A stretch of DNA of 64,000 bases from Guillardia theta CCMP2712 (Eukaryota; Protista; Cryptophyta): the NCBI RefSeq assembly GCF_000315625.1, contig NW_005434669.1, positions 407,238 through 471,237 on the forward strand, in the 5' to 3' direction. How positions within the stretch are numbered: position 1 is the stretch's first letter; every line of letters begins with the position of its first letter. The notes under the pieces were generated by a model. The model saw nothing but the letters and a program-made list of their open reading frames with translations, was not told the origin of the DNA and searched no databases. Positions 11,226-24,901 of the stretch are shown in pieces. A program made the position numbers and the translations under genes.

Positions 11226-13180
11226 ATGAATATGGCAGTCGAAGCTCAGGATGCGCTCATGCAGGAATTGCAAGAATACCAGGCTCGTTTGCGAAAACTC
11301 GAGGCCCACAGAAACGACTGGCAGCTTGAGACGGCTACGTATGTGGATCAAGCAATATCAAGTTTTTCTAGTTTCATGGATCAATGGATATCCAAACAGA
11401 TGCAAATATTGAGTAGCTTGGAGGTAGAGCAGATTCGAGCACGTCAGCGGAGTCATCTTGTGGAGTGTAGGGCGATAGAGGCGATGGGTCGAATCGAGAA
11501 TGACATCGCAGCAGCGAGAATGGAGGAGTTCGAGCTTGTTGAGAAAGAAAAGCTTGCCCACGCCGAGACACATGAAGCCTTGTGCAAAGCAAAGATTGAG
11601 ATCTCGACCCTTCACGATAAAGCAAGAGCGAGGGAGAGATTGATTGAAACTCTGCAGAGCAAAGTCAACAAGTTCGAGGAGCAAACGCATCTGCTTGAAT
11701 CTGAATTGAACAGAAGAAGCCTGGAATTCATGGACAAAGACAAAGAATTGACCAAGTGCAGAGAAAGGCTTACAATGGCTTCAAATCAGAGTACTGAGTC
11801 ATTGCTTGCCTGCGAAAAATTGAAAGCTCAAGTAGAATCATCAGATTATATCCTTCGAACAGTTTCTGCTCTCATGAAATGCAGTATAAGTGATCTGCCT
11901 GGTAAGGTTGACGCACTTTCACACGACTATGCCTCTCTCCAAGAAAAATATTCCTCCTGTTTGCAAGAACTGGATCGACAGCATAAGGTGGATGAAGAGA
12001 AGCTCAGAAATTGCTCCCACTCTCTGCAGGCACTTGAGAAAAATTGTACTTCTCTGGAGGTTAGGTTGGAAACGACCGAAAATTGGTTGATTCTGTGCTG
12101 CAAACTTATGAATGTGGATGACTACAGTCTGTTGCCAACGAAAACTGAGCAACTTTTGAATGAATATTCATGTATTCGAGCAACTGTATCAAAATACGAG
12201 AACAGAATTGAAACACTAGAGAAGACTTCACTCATCTTCAAGAACGAAATGAACGAGGTGATCTCAAGGCAAGAAAATGAAAATCAGTTGCTGCAGAATA
12301 GGCTGCAAGAACTGCAAAGCAGTTTAGACCAACAATTAAGAAAAACATCTTGTGAAACAGAAAGAAACTTGGAGCTTGAAAGAACAGTTTCCATTTTGAA
12401 GTCTGAGCTTGAGAATCTTTCCTTCAAAAACTATGAGCTTGGTGCACTCAATGCCTCTTTGAATTTAGCACTGAAGGATACCGAAGCAAACGCAAGAGCC
12501 TTACAGCACAAGTATCAATCGTATGAATACTTATGCCAGAATTTAGAGCGAGAGAACGAGCAACTGCTTGGAGTCAATCACGCATTACAAAATGCAAAAA
12601 TGAATTGCGTACAATCTTCTTTGAATCCTTCATATGCATCGATGCGAAATGAAAATGAGGCTCTCAGAGATACCGTCATGAGCCTTGAAAAGACCTGTGT
12701 TAACCTGGAAACACAGAAGAAAGCAGCTCTCAAGAATCAAGATCTGCTGCTAAATGAACTGCGGAATCTTCGACAACCTGATGATCAGTTGCTTCGAACG
12801 CACAATGAGAGACTCTCCCAGAATGCCAAAGGGTAAGATCTCTCAATCAATCCTGTCTATTTTGATGTTCGATTTTCCTTGTCTGACAGGTCTTTGGGGA
12901 GCCTAGAATACTCCGAATTTCCATCACAGAAACTGCTTCAGGTTAATGCCACAGTATTTGTAGTTCATCCCATGACTTTCGATCAGAAAGAAGTTGATGA
13001 CATATCCATCTTTTTGAAAGGACAAGCCTATGCAAGCGACGATAAGAGCAGACACAGGTAACCTGACAAGATACATCAGATCACCACGTAACATGGCTGT
13101 GTAGTTTCAAAGCGAAGCATCTGCGGGAATTTTTTTCAACTGCAAAAGACAGCACGGCCAAAAATGGGTCTGAGGATGTA
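11226..13180 (+). CDS. Long coiled-coil protein; 3' exons approximate
   Basis: 536-aa E/L/K/Q-rich heptad ORF ending at a GTAAG donor, followed by short exons. Confidence 0.75.
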
Positions 13181-14069
13181 AATCTTTTGCTGATGGTTTC
13201 AAGTCATGTTGGATTCAGTCTGATGAGTTTGCACAGTTGATCAAAGACAACCATCAAGATCGAGTCAAGACATTCTCTGCTGGAAAGTCTAGTATCTTCA
13301 AGGTAAACGTCGACAAGTAGTGGGGAGGAATCAGAATATTCACCTGCCCTTGCAGCCATATTCAGCCGCACAGCCAAGAAGGCCATACAGCACTCTGGGC
13401 ATGCGCTCTCAGGATGACTACAATACGCGATGGTTGAAGGATGTTGAGTATAAACTACTCCGAAGGCCAACGAATGACGAGGAAGTTTAGTAGTTTGACA
13501 ATTGTTTGCGAAAGGGTTTCGTTGCGAAATATTAGTTTGCAAATAAAATTTCAAGCAGCAAATTCAATGAGGGTTTGGCATGCCTCATCATAATTTATTA
13601 CTGATATCCATCTGTTACATGATCATGAACAGCTCCTCCATCGCATTCTCGGTGATGAATTCCATGACGACCTGCATCCTTTCTCGGAAACTTACAGATT
13701 CTCTTGCAGAGGAATCCCGAACCAAGCTCGACAGGTTCAAGCCAAATCACAGAGATATAAAGTGAACAAGTTGGGGATGCAAAAGGATGTAGTCCCTGCA
13801 CCACGCTCGTTGTCATGTAAGAACATTTATGTACGTCGGATGCGATGCTCGAATCGAATCGTACATCTTTCAAGATTGTGCAGATCTACAAATGGGCGTG
13901 TCTTGATGCAGAACAAATCAACATTATATTTGTATTCATAATTCAAAAATTCCTGCACAGTTGATTCGTAAAAGGAAACCCTTGAGTGGAGAAGAACAAT
14001 GTCTACAATAGTTAACACAAGCACACGATTCAAACACATGAAAGATTCTTTACACTCTGACTGTATCTT

Positions 14070-14504
14070 TCATGCATCATTGCTAAACTCTGGAGTGTTG
14101 TCAAGGCAATTGATATACAACTCTATCCATTCCTTGCTGAGAGGCAGAGCGCTTTCAATCCAAGCGGCATGAGGCGGTAGCTTTCGTGGTTTCACTTTCT
14201 TTGAAGCAGAACTTTCACTCGCAGTGGTCTTTCGCAGAGTCTTCTGCTTCCTTGCTCGAGTTTTCTTTGGGCGTCGATATGGCCAGCGATCGATGCCAAG
14301 CTTGCGACAGATGTGCTTCATGGCAGTGAGAGACACGCCCAAACCTCGCGCAGCTCGGATCTGAGGCATCGAGTAGAAGCTCTCCAACATTGGCAGGTCT
14401 ATAGCTAAAGGCCTTCTTCCTTTGTACATGATGTGCTGTTCCCCTGTCTTTCTTCGCGGAAAGAGAAGCACGTTCTGAGGGGTGGTGGTGACAGAGTCTG
14501 ACAT
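14070..14504 (-). CDS. RWP-RK transcription factor (intronless)
   Basis: LFPRRKTG..LESFYSMPQIRAARGLGVSLTAMKHICRKLGIDRWPYRR. Confidence 0.9.
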   Translation of the reverse strand: MSDSVTTTPQNVLLFPRRKTGEQHIMYKGRRPLAIDLPMLESFYSMPQIRAARGLGVSLTAMKHICRKLGIDRWPYRRPKKTRARKQKTLRKTTASESSASKKVKPRKLPPHAAWIESALPLSKEWIELYINCLDNTPEFSNDA

Positions 14505-15009
14505 CGTCACGCAATCGATATCGGGGGTTCTTGCAGGGAGTTTTGATTTGAGAGGGGAAGAGAGGTTAGAGGAGAGACAGGCTGGAAAAGAGATCAGGGG
14601 CAGCGAATAGAGGTCACCAGCAGGGAGTTGAGCGAGGAGAGGAACAACAGCGCAGGGTTCAAAGGATATAACAGAGAAGAGTAAAGGGGGTAGGGAAGTA
14701 CCTTTTTGCGACTTGTAGTTTGGTTTTATCCTTTGTATCCTCAAGTTGAAATCAACTTGAAAATATTAAAGATTATTTTGTGAGAAGTGTTCAAGTTCTG
14801 AGTGAATATTTGAGGTTAAACAAGTCATTTCGCAACTTGGGTACAAAAGTTCTTCTCGTAATATCGAAAATATTTCAGGGTCACTGGGCCTGGTTTCACA
14901 ACGGGCAGCAGACGCACCCACTGTGAACCCCTATCCCCCGCCCTCATTGCGCCTGCCTTGGTACTACTCCTGAGTGCTCAGACTGGTGCGGTGCGATCTT
15001 CTGCCCCAT

Positions 15010-15680
15010 CATCCCGCGGCCGTCACGAGTCACTGAGTCACGGATCCTGGAGTGAGTAATCATTGTGATGTGACGGTCCATGGATATCATCTGAGCCCGG
15101 TCACAACTACCGTGATCATCGCTGAAGTTCTACTGAGATCCGAGGTATGACTCTGATTCCGCGTGACCGTCACGGACGGTATCAAGTTGTGATCGGACGC
15201 CGTACGTGCAGTGCCCGGCGGGACGCACCGGCGGTCCTCCGGGGTACAAACTTGAAAGAGGCTGACTCGCCGCCGCTGGCAGTCACGGATCGGCCTCGGA
15301 CCCCCGCGCCGCCGAAAATTGACCTACTACGGCGGGTAGTACTACCGGGCCGGCCCAGTAAGGCAGGCTTCAAGGCTGTGGCAGCTGCCGGCGCCTGGCG
15401 CCGGACCCCCCCCGGCCGTCGCGCGCCCCCGAAATAGACTTTCGGAAGAGTCTATATTGCCTTTCCTTGTTCCGAACTCGGAATCGGATCCGCATCAAGG
15501 CTTTGCACTGGGAACAGTCAGGGTTTTCTGGTACCGTCGGCGGCCCCCGGGCCGGGCGGCGGCGAGCGGCGGTGACTCCGTCACGGTGCCCGGCCCGGGC
15601 CAGGACTGACTCGGGCGGCTCCCGGGACCCGGACGGCACCGTCGGTCCGCGGCCCGGGCCGCGCCGCCACCCGGTGGCGT
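15010..15680. promoter_or_regulatory. GC-rich palindrome-word island between the divergent RWP-RK and LRR genes
   Basis: GAGTCACTGAGTCAC, GGTAGTACTACC, CCGGGCCGG and similar words. Confidence 0.5.
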
Positions 15681-15712
15681 TCACTGTAAGTTTTAACTCA
15701 CCTTATGAGAAG

Positions 15713-17946
15713 ATGAGAAGGCAGAACCAGCATTGGGTCGTAGATCGAGATGGTGAGAGAACAAGTTGCACTGTTTGCTCCAGGAAGACGAGCAGTGCGG
15801 GGGCGGCGAAGAGTGATGGAAGCTAGCGATGCAGGCTCAAGAAGAAGCTGCCGAAGGGCGGGAAACAGGACAGGGACGAGCTCTAGCTGGTTTCCTTGCG
15901 CTTCCTGGCCAGCAGTGCAAGTAGCCGAGGAAGGAAACCAAAGGACGAGGCTCTCGACTAGTCAGAGCCACTCCCTGATGGGACTCTTGTATGAATCATC
16001 CATGAGGGTCAAGGCCCGCCCTTGAGTGACTTGAGCTCTGTAGGAGGCAAAGCAGCAGGCACGCTGCAGACGCATTGGCTGTCCCCAGGGCAGAGGAGTT
16101 TACCGTGTAAGGCGTGTTGATGTCTGCGATGAAGAATTTTCTCATGTCAGAAAGCAGGGGCTGTGCTATGAAGTCGGAAAGCTTGCAAGCACATCCAGTC
16201 TCACTTGTTTACGAACATTTAAAAGAAGATTTTCTGAGGAAAGGAGGACGTGAGAAGCGGAAGCTCTTTTTCGAGCTAAAAGAACAATATCGCAAGCTCT
16301 TGCTAGCCTCTGAGAAGAACAAACATCTACCATCAGATCGTCAAAGAGTCAAGCCTCGGCATGGGTTCGCGCAATCTAAAACATTTCAATTCCCTGGTAT
16401 CTCTCTCTGCGCTTGTCGATGATGTGATGAATGTTTCAGATGCGCAGCGAAAGCAACCAGACAAGCTTGAGAGTGACATGTTCAACATCGCTGAGAACAG
16501 CTGGAGGGCGTCCTTTCGGAGGAAGAAACTCATCAGAGACTTGCAGGGCCTTGAAAACCCGGAACCTCTGCACCCCGAGGAGAAGCATGATCCGAGCAAG
16601 GGGCTGATTGGAAATCAGCCTAGAGTGTATGCCATGATGGTGGTGGGCGGACGAGAGTCTTGGCTCACGTCCATGGCAGGGAGGGAGAACATCGGATCGA
16701 CTTGTTTAGCAAGAATCTCAACGAGGTCTCAGCGTCTGCTACTTCCTCCGAGCCCTGACCGCCAAGGCGCAGGTGCCAGATGGCATTCTGATGCGGAACT
16801 CCAACATTCAAGTGCTCGACATGAGGTCCAACGACATTCAAGGTTGTTGTAGGAGATACAGAGATCAGCCGACCAGACCTCCTGCCCCCTATACCCCTTC
16901 CTCCTGCCCTCTCCACCCCTTCCTCCTGCCCTCTCCACCCCTTCCTCCTGCCCTCTCCACCACTTGCTTCTGCCCTCTCCACCCAGCACCTTCCCTCTGG
17001 CCTCCTCCTCCCGTCCTCTCTTCATCACCCACCCACCCCTTTTCCCTCAATCTCCTCGTGTACATGTGTCGGTTGTTCTCGATGCTTTGTCACATTTTGA
17101 GTCTCTTGCAGCCTTGCCGGACAAATTCTGCACGCGGCTGCTCAGACTGGTCGAATGCAATTTGAGCTACAACAAACTCACATCGCTGCCGATGTCGCTG
17201 GGCAATCTAACCAACTTGAGGAAGTTGTCTGTAGGATCGAATCGTCTCCGAGGACTCCCAGCGAGCATCGGGCACCTTTGCAGGCTCAACACCCTCAACA
17301 TCGAGAAGAATCACATCTCCACGTTGCCTTGCACCATGTGCTACCTGTCATCGTTACAAGCACTGTGATGTCGCAGCTCAACACGCGTGTTTGTGATGAT
17401 GCTTGCAGACTTCTGCGAGGAAATCCTCCGTTTCTCTTCCCTCCTCAAGAGGTGGTGGACGCTGGGCTTGAGGAGATCCGATCGACCTTGGCGGTCACCC
17501 TCGACAACGTCAAGAGAGCTCGATCCAAGTTCTGGGACGAGCTGCGACGGATGCACATGACGGTAAGTTTGTTGCTGAGGGTCAGCTGGAAGTTGAGGGC
17601 AGGAGCTCAACCTGCTCAGGTCCCCGATGTCATAGCGAGTTTGCCGCAGACAGACCAACAGGCGATGGTGAACAAGCGAGATTTCATATCTACCATCTCT
17701 GCGATCCAACTCAAGATGTCGATGCAAGAGACAGAGGCCCTTTGGTTCATGGCAGATGCATTTGGTAGGGTCAGAGGCTGCAAGAGGTGTCGAGTGACCT
17801 GATGGCATGCAGGTGAGGGGAAGGTCCTGACCAGCGACCTGCTCTTCGTCCTCAAGATTCCCATCCAGCTACTCAACCAAATCCCGGCCCTACGACGACG
17901 TAGCGGATCTTTGGCCTCGATTGCCACGGACAAAGCAGAGGATTGA
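15713..17946 (+). CDS. Leucine-rich repeat protein with C-terminal EF-hand-like pair; multi-exon, start approximate
   Basis: IQVLDMRSNDI; NLSYNKLTSLPMSLGNLTNLRKLSVGSNRLRGLPASIGHLCRLNTLNIEKNHISTLP; cap FPPQEVVDAGLEEI; EF-like TEALWFMADAFGEGKV. Confidence 0.8.
16895..16982 (+). repeat. Intronic 22-bp minisatellite CCCTTCCTCCTGCCCTCTCCAC, about 4 units
   Basis: Three perfect units and one degenerate unit. Confidence 0.85.
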
Positions 17947-18029
17947 AAGTTTCAAGTTTCATGTACTGTAGAAAGGGATGAAGCTGTGCAAGTTTCATGT
18001 AATGTACAGAGAGGGCTTCCGGCCCCAGC

Positions 18030-21000
18030 TCATGCTGAGCAGAAGTTGATGATATCTGGATGCCGCCGGAGATCCGAAGTCCTGACGAGTTTGAAGATCC
18101 GAGCTAGCAGCGCTGGAAACCAATCGCGCGAAGTGATGTAGCTCGCGGCGCTCTTGTTTCGCCCCATCAGCGCTCGGTCGTCGTCGGTGTGATGCCTGCA
18201 GCAGATTCAGAGACAAGGAGGGAGGAGGAGGAGGAAAGTACATGAGGATGTTGCGGATCAGCCGCAGGAGGTCGCAAGCTGAGCTGGTCACGTACTCCTT
18301 GCCGTTCTCAGCTTTCTGCTGGAAGCGTTGCTTGTTCGCTATGATCTTGGCATTGATGGCTCCAGCTAAGTTCCAGTCGCCATGGGGGGCGAACAGCTCC
18401 TGACAGCCCTGCGTGTCAAATTCATGCCACGCTGGGAACGTGTCGGGGTGCCGGCACTGGTGAGTCATGGCGATGTGGGCGACAAAGTTAGCGCACTTCT
18501 CGGGGTTGAGGGAGCCGTCGGAGAGGGTCCAGAAGTAAGGATGACACTCAAGCACCTCCATGGCGGTTGGCCGGCTGTCAACGTCCGGCGTCAGCATCCA
18601 TTCAACCGCGTCCCTTGCGAGCAAGCTCCCGTTGAGCAGCTCCAGGTTGACGATCCTGCCCTGGAGGATGTTGAACTGAGTGGTGATGGCATTGCTTCCG
18701 AAGGGATGCTTCCCGCCCGTGAGCATGTAGAAGATCACCATCCCCGCCACCTGCACGTCCGACTTGTGCTTCCATCTCCCTCCCGATCCAGCGCCTAGGG
18801 CGGCCAGCACCTCAGTTGCCATCCACCCCATCGTCCCGGCCTCCCCCGAGTGAACCGAGGAAGCATTGTGGCCGATCTCTCTCACCAGCCCGAAGTCTGC
18901 CAGCAGCAGTCGACCCTTGGTGTCGAGGAGGAGGTTCCGCGGTTTGATGTCTCGGTGGACCTGGTTGGCCCTTGCAAGCCATGCAAGCCCTTGCAGCATG
19001 TCGCGAGCGAACGCCTGCACCTCTACCTCCCTGATGCACCCATGCTCCTGCACGTACTCCTCCAAGTTCCACTCGCACAGCTGCAGCGCGAGGTACTCGA
19101 AGTTCTCGTCCTGCGCGTCTGCCTCGTAGGCTACGATGTAGGGGCATCTATCAAGCCCGGCATGATTGAGCGCAGCCACCTCCTCCTGGATTATGTTGCG
19201 AGTGACCTGAAGCCTCTGCATGCGCTTGATCGCACACTCGGTCCCGTTCTTGTGCAGCCCCACAAACACCAGAGTCCCTTTCGCCCCGTGATCGATGTGG
19301 TAGAAGCTGTTGGCGCTGACGTCAGCGCTGAAGACAATTTCCCCAACACTTCGCACGTCCTTGTCTTGGAGACTCGCCAGTTTCGCCAGCTTGTCTCTCC
19401 ATCTGATGCTCCTCTGCTTCCACTTTCTTGCTGGGATCGTCTGCTGCGCATTCTCAACCCTGGCACTGGATGAAGAATTTGCTCCGTCAGGGTCAGATGG
19501 AGCAGGAGGAGTCTCGACATCTGCATGTCTACGATCCTCCAGTCCTTCGTTACTCTCAACATGAGCCGGCGCAACTGCTTCTGGTGTCGTCTCCTCACCT
19601 CTCGACATTGATTTCTGCGCTCCAACTCCAACATCGCAACTGCCAGCCTGATGAAACAGATTCCGCGATCCATTCACCCAGACATTCTTCACGCCGCTCT
19701 CCCTTTCAGGTCCTGCCAAGCCCACCCCCAATATATCCCTGTCCTCCTCATAAATAACATCTTTCCCTTCCTCAACAAATGCACAGGCGGATTGTAAATC
19801 GTCGTGAACTTCAGGACCATGCAAGAGAGAGATAGAGCGAGGCCTCCACTCGTCTTCGCATGACTCGTTCAAGACATTGCTCGAGATTACCGATGAGTCA
19901 TCAGCGGCGAATTTGGCAAGCTTCATCTGCATCTCTCTTTTCTCCTTCTGCCGGGCTTGCTTGTAAAGCAGTCGTTTCCTCTCCCTCTCCTGTAGGGCTT
20001 TGGCCTTTTTTTCTGCCTCAGCCCTTTTCCTTTGTTCCTCTGCAGCACGCCTGCTCTCTTCAATCTGTGAAACCTTGGCATCAAAATCCCCAATGAGCAT
20101 TTCCGCTATCTTCATCTCATACCTCTTTTTGCCTTTCACGCTCCTTCATCTCCTCTGCTTCCAACTCACGCTACCATAAGAGTCAAAGTAGAATAACAAA
20201 ACGTTTACAAAGCCGAACCTGTTTCTCAACAGCCGCGACTCTTTCTACAAGTTCCTGGCAAGTTTCATCCACAGCTAGTCCTTCTCGATACGCCTGAATA
20301 GTCAGTGAGTACGGAGCTGAGCAGCTGCTGAATGGGTTATTGCACCTCCAGGGCTTGTTCGAGCCGCCCACTTTGCTTCATTGCATCGCCTTTGCGAAGA
20401 TACCCCTTTGACCAATCCGGCTTCAGCTTCAGAGCTGACTCAGCGTCTCCCAAGGCCTGTACAAGCTGTCAACGTTGAGGCCTCGGGTGGTTTCCCGCAC
20501 CTTCTCGTGATGTTTCAGCGCCAGGTGAGCTGCTGAGCGGTTGCTGTACAGGATGTGATTGTCTGGCGCCAGCTTCAAGGCCAATGAGAAGATCTGGCGG
20601 ACGTCAGAGTCGGCTAGCACGCACCATTACCCGCACCTGCACGGCATGCCGAAAATCCTGCGACTTGAACGCGAGGTTTCCCTTCTCTTTCAAGATCTTC
20701 ACCCTGTCCTCGACCTTGAGCCTCTGCAGCCCCTTGGCGCTCGAGCTCTTTCCACTCTTGCGGGATGCTGATGGGCGGAGGATTTCAACCTGAGATCTTC
20801 CGTCAGTTCGTGTGGGAGAAGCCCTATGGTTTACCTTGTCAGCAGAGGAATGAAACTGTACAGCCATTTGGATTTCTCCATTCAAACCAGTCAGAACAAA
20901 ATCCAACTTTTCCTCGTTGATCCAGAATTCAATCGTTCCGTTTTGCAGGTTCACTTCCATGGACACCACAATCTCGCTGTACACTGCCGTGCTCGGCTGA

Positions 21001-23084
21001 TCCCAATTCACAAGCAAGCTTTTTCCCATTAGAGCATCTGCTATCACACTTGTAACGTGCACAATATTCTAAGATTTATCACCTGTTTCATGCTGAATGT
21101 GATGTGAAAACAGTGTCTGAAAACAACAACAAAAAAAAAACTGTAAGAACAAATTAGGACAGCGAAAGATCGATACCTCACGGCCACTTTGAACTGAAAC
21201 AAATACATTCGATCGCTTTGCCTCAATGCCGTCTGACTCGTTCATGCTAAGCATTACATACCACACCTTTCCGTCGCTCTTCAACTCATGCCACGCCCTT
21301 CCCAACTTAAGAGTCGCTTGCTTTACCCCGATTGACACCTTTCGTCCGTCTTATCAGTAGGGCTGCGGTATACAAGACGTTCTTACACTCTTCTTGACCT
21401 TCACAAGGCGCACGCGACACTCTGTGAAGCACATGAGCAATTCAAACATCTCAGCGGCACTTCGACCTATCGTGGAGTTCGTAGCTGTCCAGTGGTCACT
21501 GAGCACAGGATACGAGATGCTAGAGCCTAGAAAGAAAGAATCAAGGTTGGCTCAAGTTTGACATCAAGACAAAATACTGGCAAATGTTGGAAGTAGAGTT
21601 GAACCACAGACAGTCGTTGGCTCTGCAGCTGCTTCCGCGTTTCGCTCTGCGCACGACGTTTTGAATGATTTGTCCCACGGAAGCTCTTCGCTCGACCATG
21701 TCCTCGCATTGGAAGAAATAGTTGGAGGCGTAAGAGAGAAGTGCCCCATTCCTGAGCCCTGCGGAGACGTTACTGAAACGATTCCACCGGGACTGGTTGC
21801 CAGTGCAGCTGAAACTGGACTGCATATCAAGGAAAGGGGAGCATGGCTGAGGATTAGCTGCCGCATCTGAGAGATCTTCATGCTTTGTTCTGAGTCTTGC
21901 TTGGAGTTTGCAAGCTCCAATGCCTTGTTACAAGTCTCGAGGGCTTTGTTATTGTCACCCACTGCCATGTACGCGCTCACCAACAGGTTAAGAGAATTCG
22001 CGAGGATCGTTTCTTCTCCCATTCTCTCAGCGACTGAAACAAATATCTCCAGGTCTACAACACACCCTTCGAGCTGTGAGGAGCTGTTCGCAGTAGATTC
22101 TGTCACTTCATGCACCATCAACCAATACACACATTCAAGGAGCTCCGAGAATTCACCAGGAAAAGAGATCGTTCCACTCTCTTTACAAATTTTCACTGCT
22201 GCCTCCAGATCGACAACCGCTTTTCTCGATTGTCGCATACGAACAAAGGTGCGTGATCGGCATAATAAAGCTCTAGATTCCATATCTGTATCGCTCAACG
22301 AGCGAGAAAGAGTGACATAGGCGTCAAAATGTTCAAGCGCCTTTGGAAGCTTCTCTAGGCTTAGATATGCTGCCCCCAGGTAGCCTCTGGCTTGTGCTTC
22401 AGCAGATAAGTTTTGCGTCTCCTGGGCTGCAGACAAAAATTTCTCATGCCACTTCGCAGCTTGTTCATGCTCTCCCGAACAGCTACATGCAATCCCTAGG
22501 CACCCGTAAGCGCTGCCTTCCCTATCCTTGTTTCCCTGGAGCTTCGCTCTTTGGAGAGCTTTCTTCCCGCATTCAACCGCTCTGCCGATCTGACCGTTAG
22601 ATGAACAAAGCACGCTGATAGTGAAATAACACTCATGCTCCATATCACCGTCGCCAATCCTCTTCGCAATGTTCAGTGCACTTTCAGCGCATTCGATCGC
22701 TCTTTCTGTGTTCTGCAAGTCTCGGTATATGTTTGCTAGCCGACAGAGGGATCTTCCCTCAGACTCAATGTCTCCGGCTTGTCTCGCTATCTTCAATGCT
22801 TGCTCTTCATACTCTACCATCTTGTCATGCAGGCCCAATCCACTGTAGGCCGCAGCCAGCCCTTTCATGATCAACGCCTCAATCTCACTGTTGCCAGACT
22901 CTCGTGCTGCCATGATGGCAGCATCTTCGAATCTGAATTGCTTGAAATTCGACTTACCATTGCTCAAGATATCGTTCCAATGCTGCTGCTGTTCCTGTTG
23001 ATGCTGAAGCTTCCTGGGACCACCTGGTCCAACGACATGCTGCGCTCCTTCAGGAGCTTTTCCGCACCAAAGAGACTCTTCCAT
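18030..23084 (-). CDS. TPR-SPRY-TPR-coiled coil-kinase-KEN ribonuclease (RNase L/IRE1-like); multi-exon, may start further upstream (to about 23360)
   Basis: TPR array (21564-23084 ORF); SPRY-like VSMEVNLQNGTIEFWINEE; STI1-type TPR KEKGNLAFK..YSNRSAAHLAL..WSKGYLRKG; kinase AIKRM, HRDIKPRN, DFG, KSDVQVAGMVIFYMLTGGKHPFG, HPYFW; KEN DLLRLIRNILMHH..FPALL after removing intron 18196-18241. Confidence 0.85.
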
Positions 23085-23379
23085 AGCAGTACTTGGAGAC
23101 GTCCCACTGGCTACGGCATTCCAAGGGCCAAATCAAGCAGCGGGCCTGACTCAGTTAGCCATCTCCACCTAGCGCCCCCTATCTCCCAGACAATCGCGGA
23201 GTCATTCTTCACGGGTTGAAGGAGAGCTGCATGCCTGTTCACATCCGGAGGTAGAGACCCTCGCCATTTCATGAGCAATCAGCTTCGCTCACCCTTTCCA
23301 TCGCGTGTTTCCTCTGCTTCTTCTCCATAGGCATGCTGCTACCTTTGCAGCTCTGCTGCCATGAAAATCTCGAAGTCCA

Positions 23380-23885
23380 CGACCCACCCCACCCTTCTTC
23401 TTGATTACCCCACCCGTCAAGTACCCCAGGGACACCCAGTACCCTTGTCTTAACAGATCGTATGACCCCACTCGAGCCCAGGATGACCCAGACACATCCA
23501 TACATATTCAACCGTACAAATACTACCCCACCCCTCTTGAAATCGAGTTTACTGTGGTGACTACCCACCGCGTCTGGCAATGGTACCTTTGCTACCCACC
23601 CTACCAAATGCCATTACAACCACCCTACTCATGTTCCAAACCCCATCGATTCATGAAGTACCGGTGTCTATCCATAGCAACCTACGGGGGTCAATTGAGG
23701 GGGTACCAACTGTACCACATAAATCAGTCATCCCATGAATTCTCTACCATCGATAGGTGGGGTGGTAAGAGTACCCCCTATTTTCAATGAATTTAGTAGG
23801 GTCATATTGATGTTCAGAATGTAATATCCCGACCACCGGTAGTGTATCCACCCCGGAAATAGACGGTAATGGCGAAAAGTGGGAT
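23380..23885. promoter_or_regulatory. TACCC/GGGTA- and C-run-rich island upstream of the kinase-RNase gene
   Basis: Many TACCC(C), CCCACCC and GGGGTAC words; no credible ORF. Confidence 0.45.
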
Positions 23886-24901
23886 GGAGATGGTTGTGGT
23901 TAAAGCCAGTGCGATTGCAGATGTTTCAACTCCTCTCTGAGCACTCCAAGAATCGCGAGGAAGATAATGGGCTCCATGTACGCAATTCTCCTGCTCCCCC
24001 TCTTCTGTTTTCTGTTGTCAGTTTTCCCATTGTGTTCGTGGGTTGCCTTCAAAGATGGAGTTATGTCTTGCTTGATGTGATGTGTTTTAGCACGTTCGTA
24101 CCTCTGATTCCATGCTGTATGACTGTTTTCATGCTCTGATTGCTCTCTATGCAAACAGGGAATTCGATCGTTGTATACAAGAATGGGACCTCCCGACAAC
24201 GTGAGAATCATTTATTCTTGGCGATTTTGTCCGCTGTTTGACATTGTTGTCGCCACAGTTTAAAGGCGTTTGGAAGCCTGGTATGTTTCCTGGAGAGGAA
24301 GAGCATGCCCAGAGACTTGCGCACTGCATGGGCTACTGCTAAGTAGTCAATTTTTGGTTACCATTTTTCAACAAAAGTCTCTGATACACCTCAGAAGACC
24401 ATCTTCAGTTGCGAAGTATCCATCCTCAATCCTGAGATCAATTGGATACAAAGCTCAATGACATATCCTCATTTCGCTGATTGTAGCCTGACTTTCACAA
24501 ATAAGAGTTGGCTTATGGAGTGTTGCCGAGACATGCACAAGGCAACCAGTCAATTGATTCAGAGATTTGCACGAGGCCAAATCTTGCACCAGTCTCACTC
24601 TTTTGCGACAAACCGAATGAGAGTTTCCTCCCTTACAGGTCCTTTGGCGGCATCGAAGTTCAACTCCTAAGTTGAGCCCAGCTCCGGCTTCTCAGGCCGA
24701 GAATGCACTCATTCCCGGATTCCAACCGCGGACTCTCCGACTCATCCCTGTGTCTGACAAGTTACTAGCGGAAGTCACTGTTAGTGAAACTGATGGCTTG
24801 TTGCTTGCCACGTGAATGTAGGCATCGAGCAAAGATCAAGATACTAGGCTAGCGTCCTAGTGTGCCAGCCACAACTTGGCGAACTGAGGCTCACTGGCTT
24901 A

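Noticed and set aside
13204-14040. Possible small intron-rich minus-strand genes (also about 24200-24830 and 51560-52200)
   Set aside because: Could not build consistent exon chains or identify domains by eye.
17995-18240. ORF-track C-terminus YFPPPPPS..SLYIT of the kinase
   Set aside because: Read-through of a 46-nt intron; the spliced frame gives the KEN motifs and stops at 18030.
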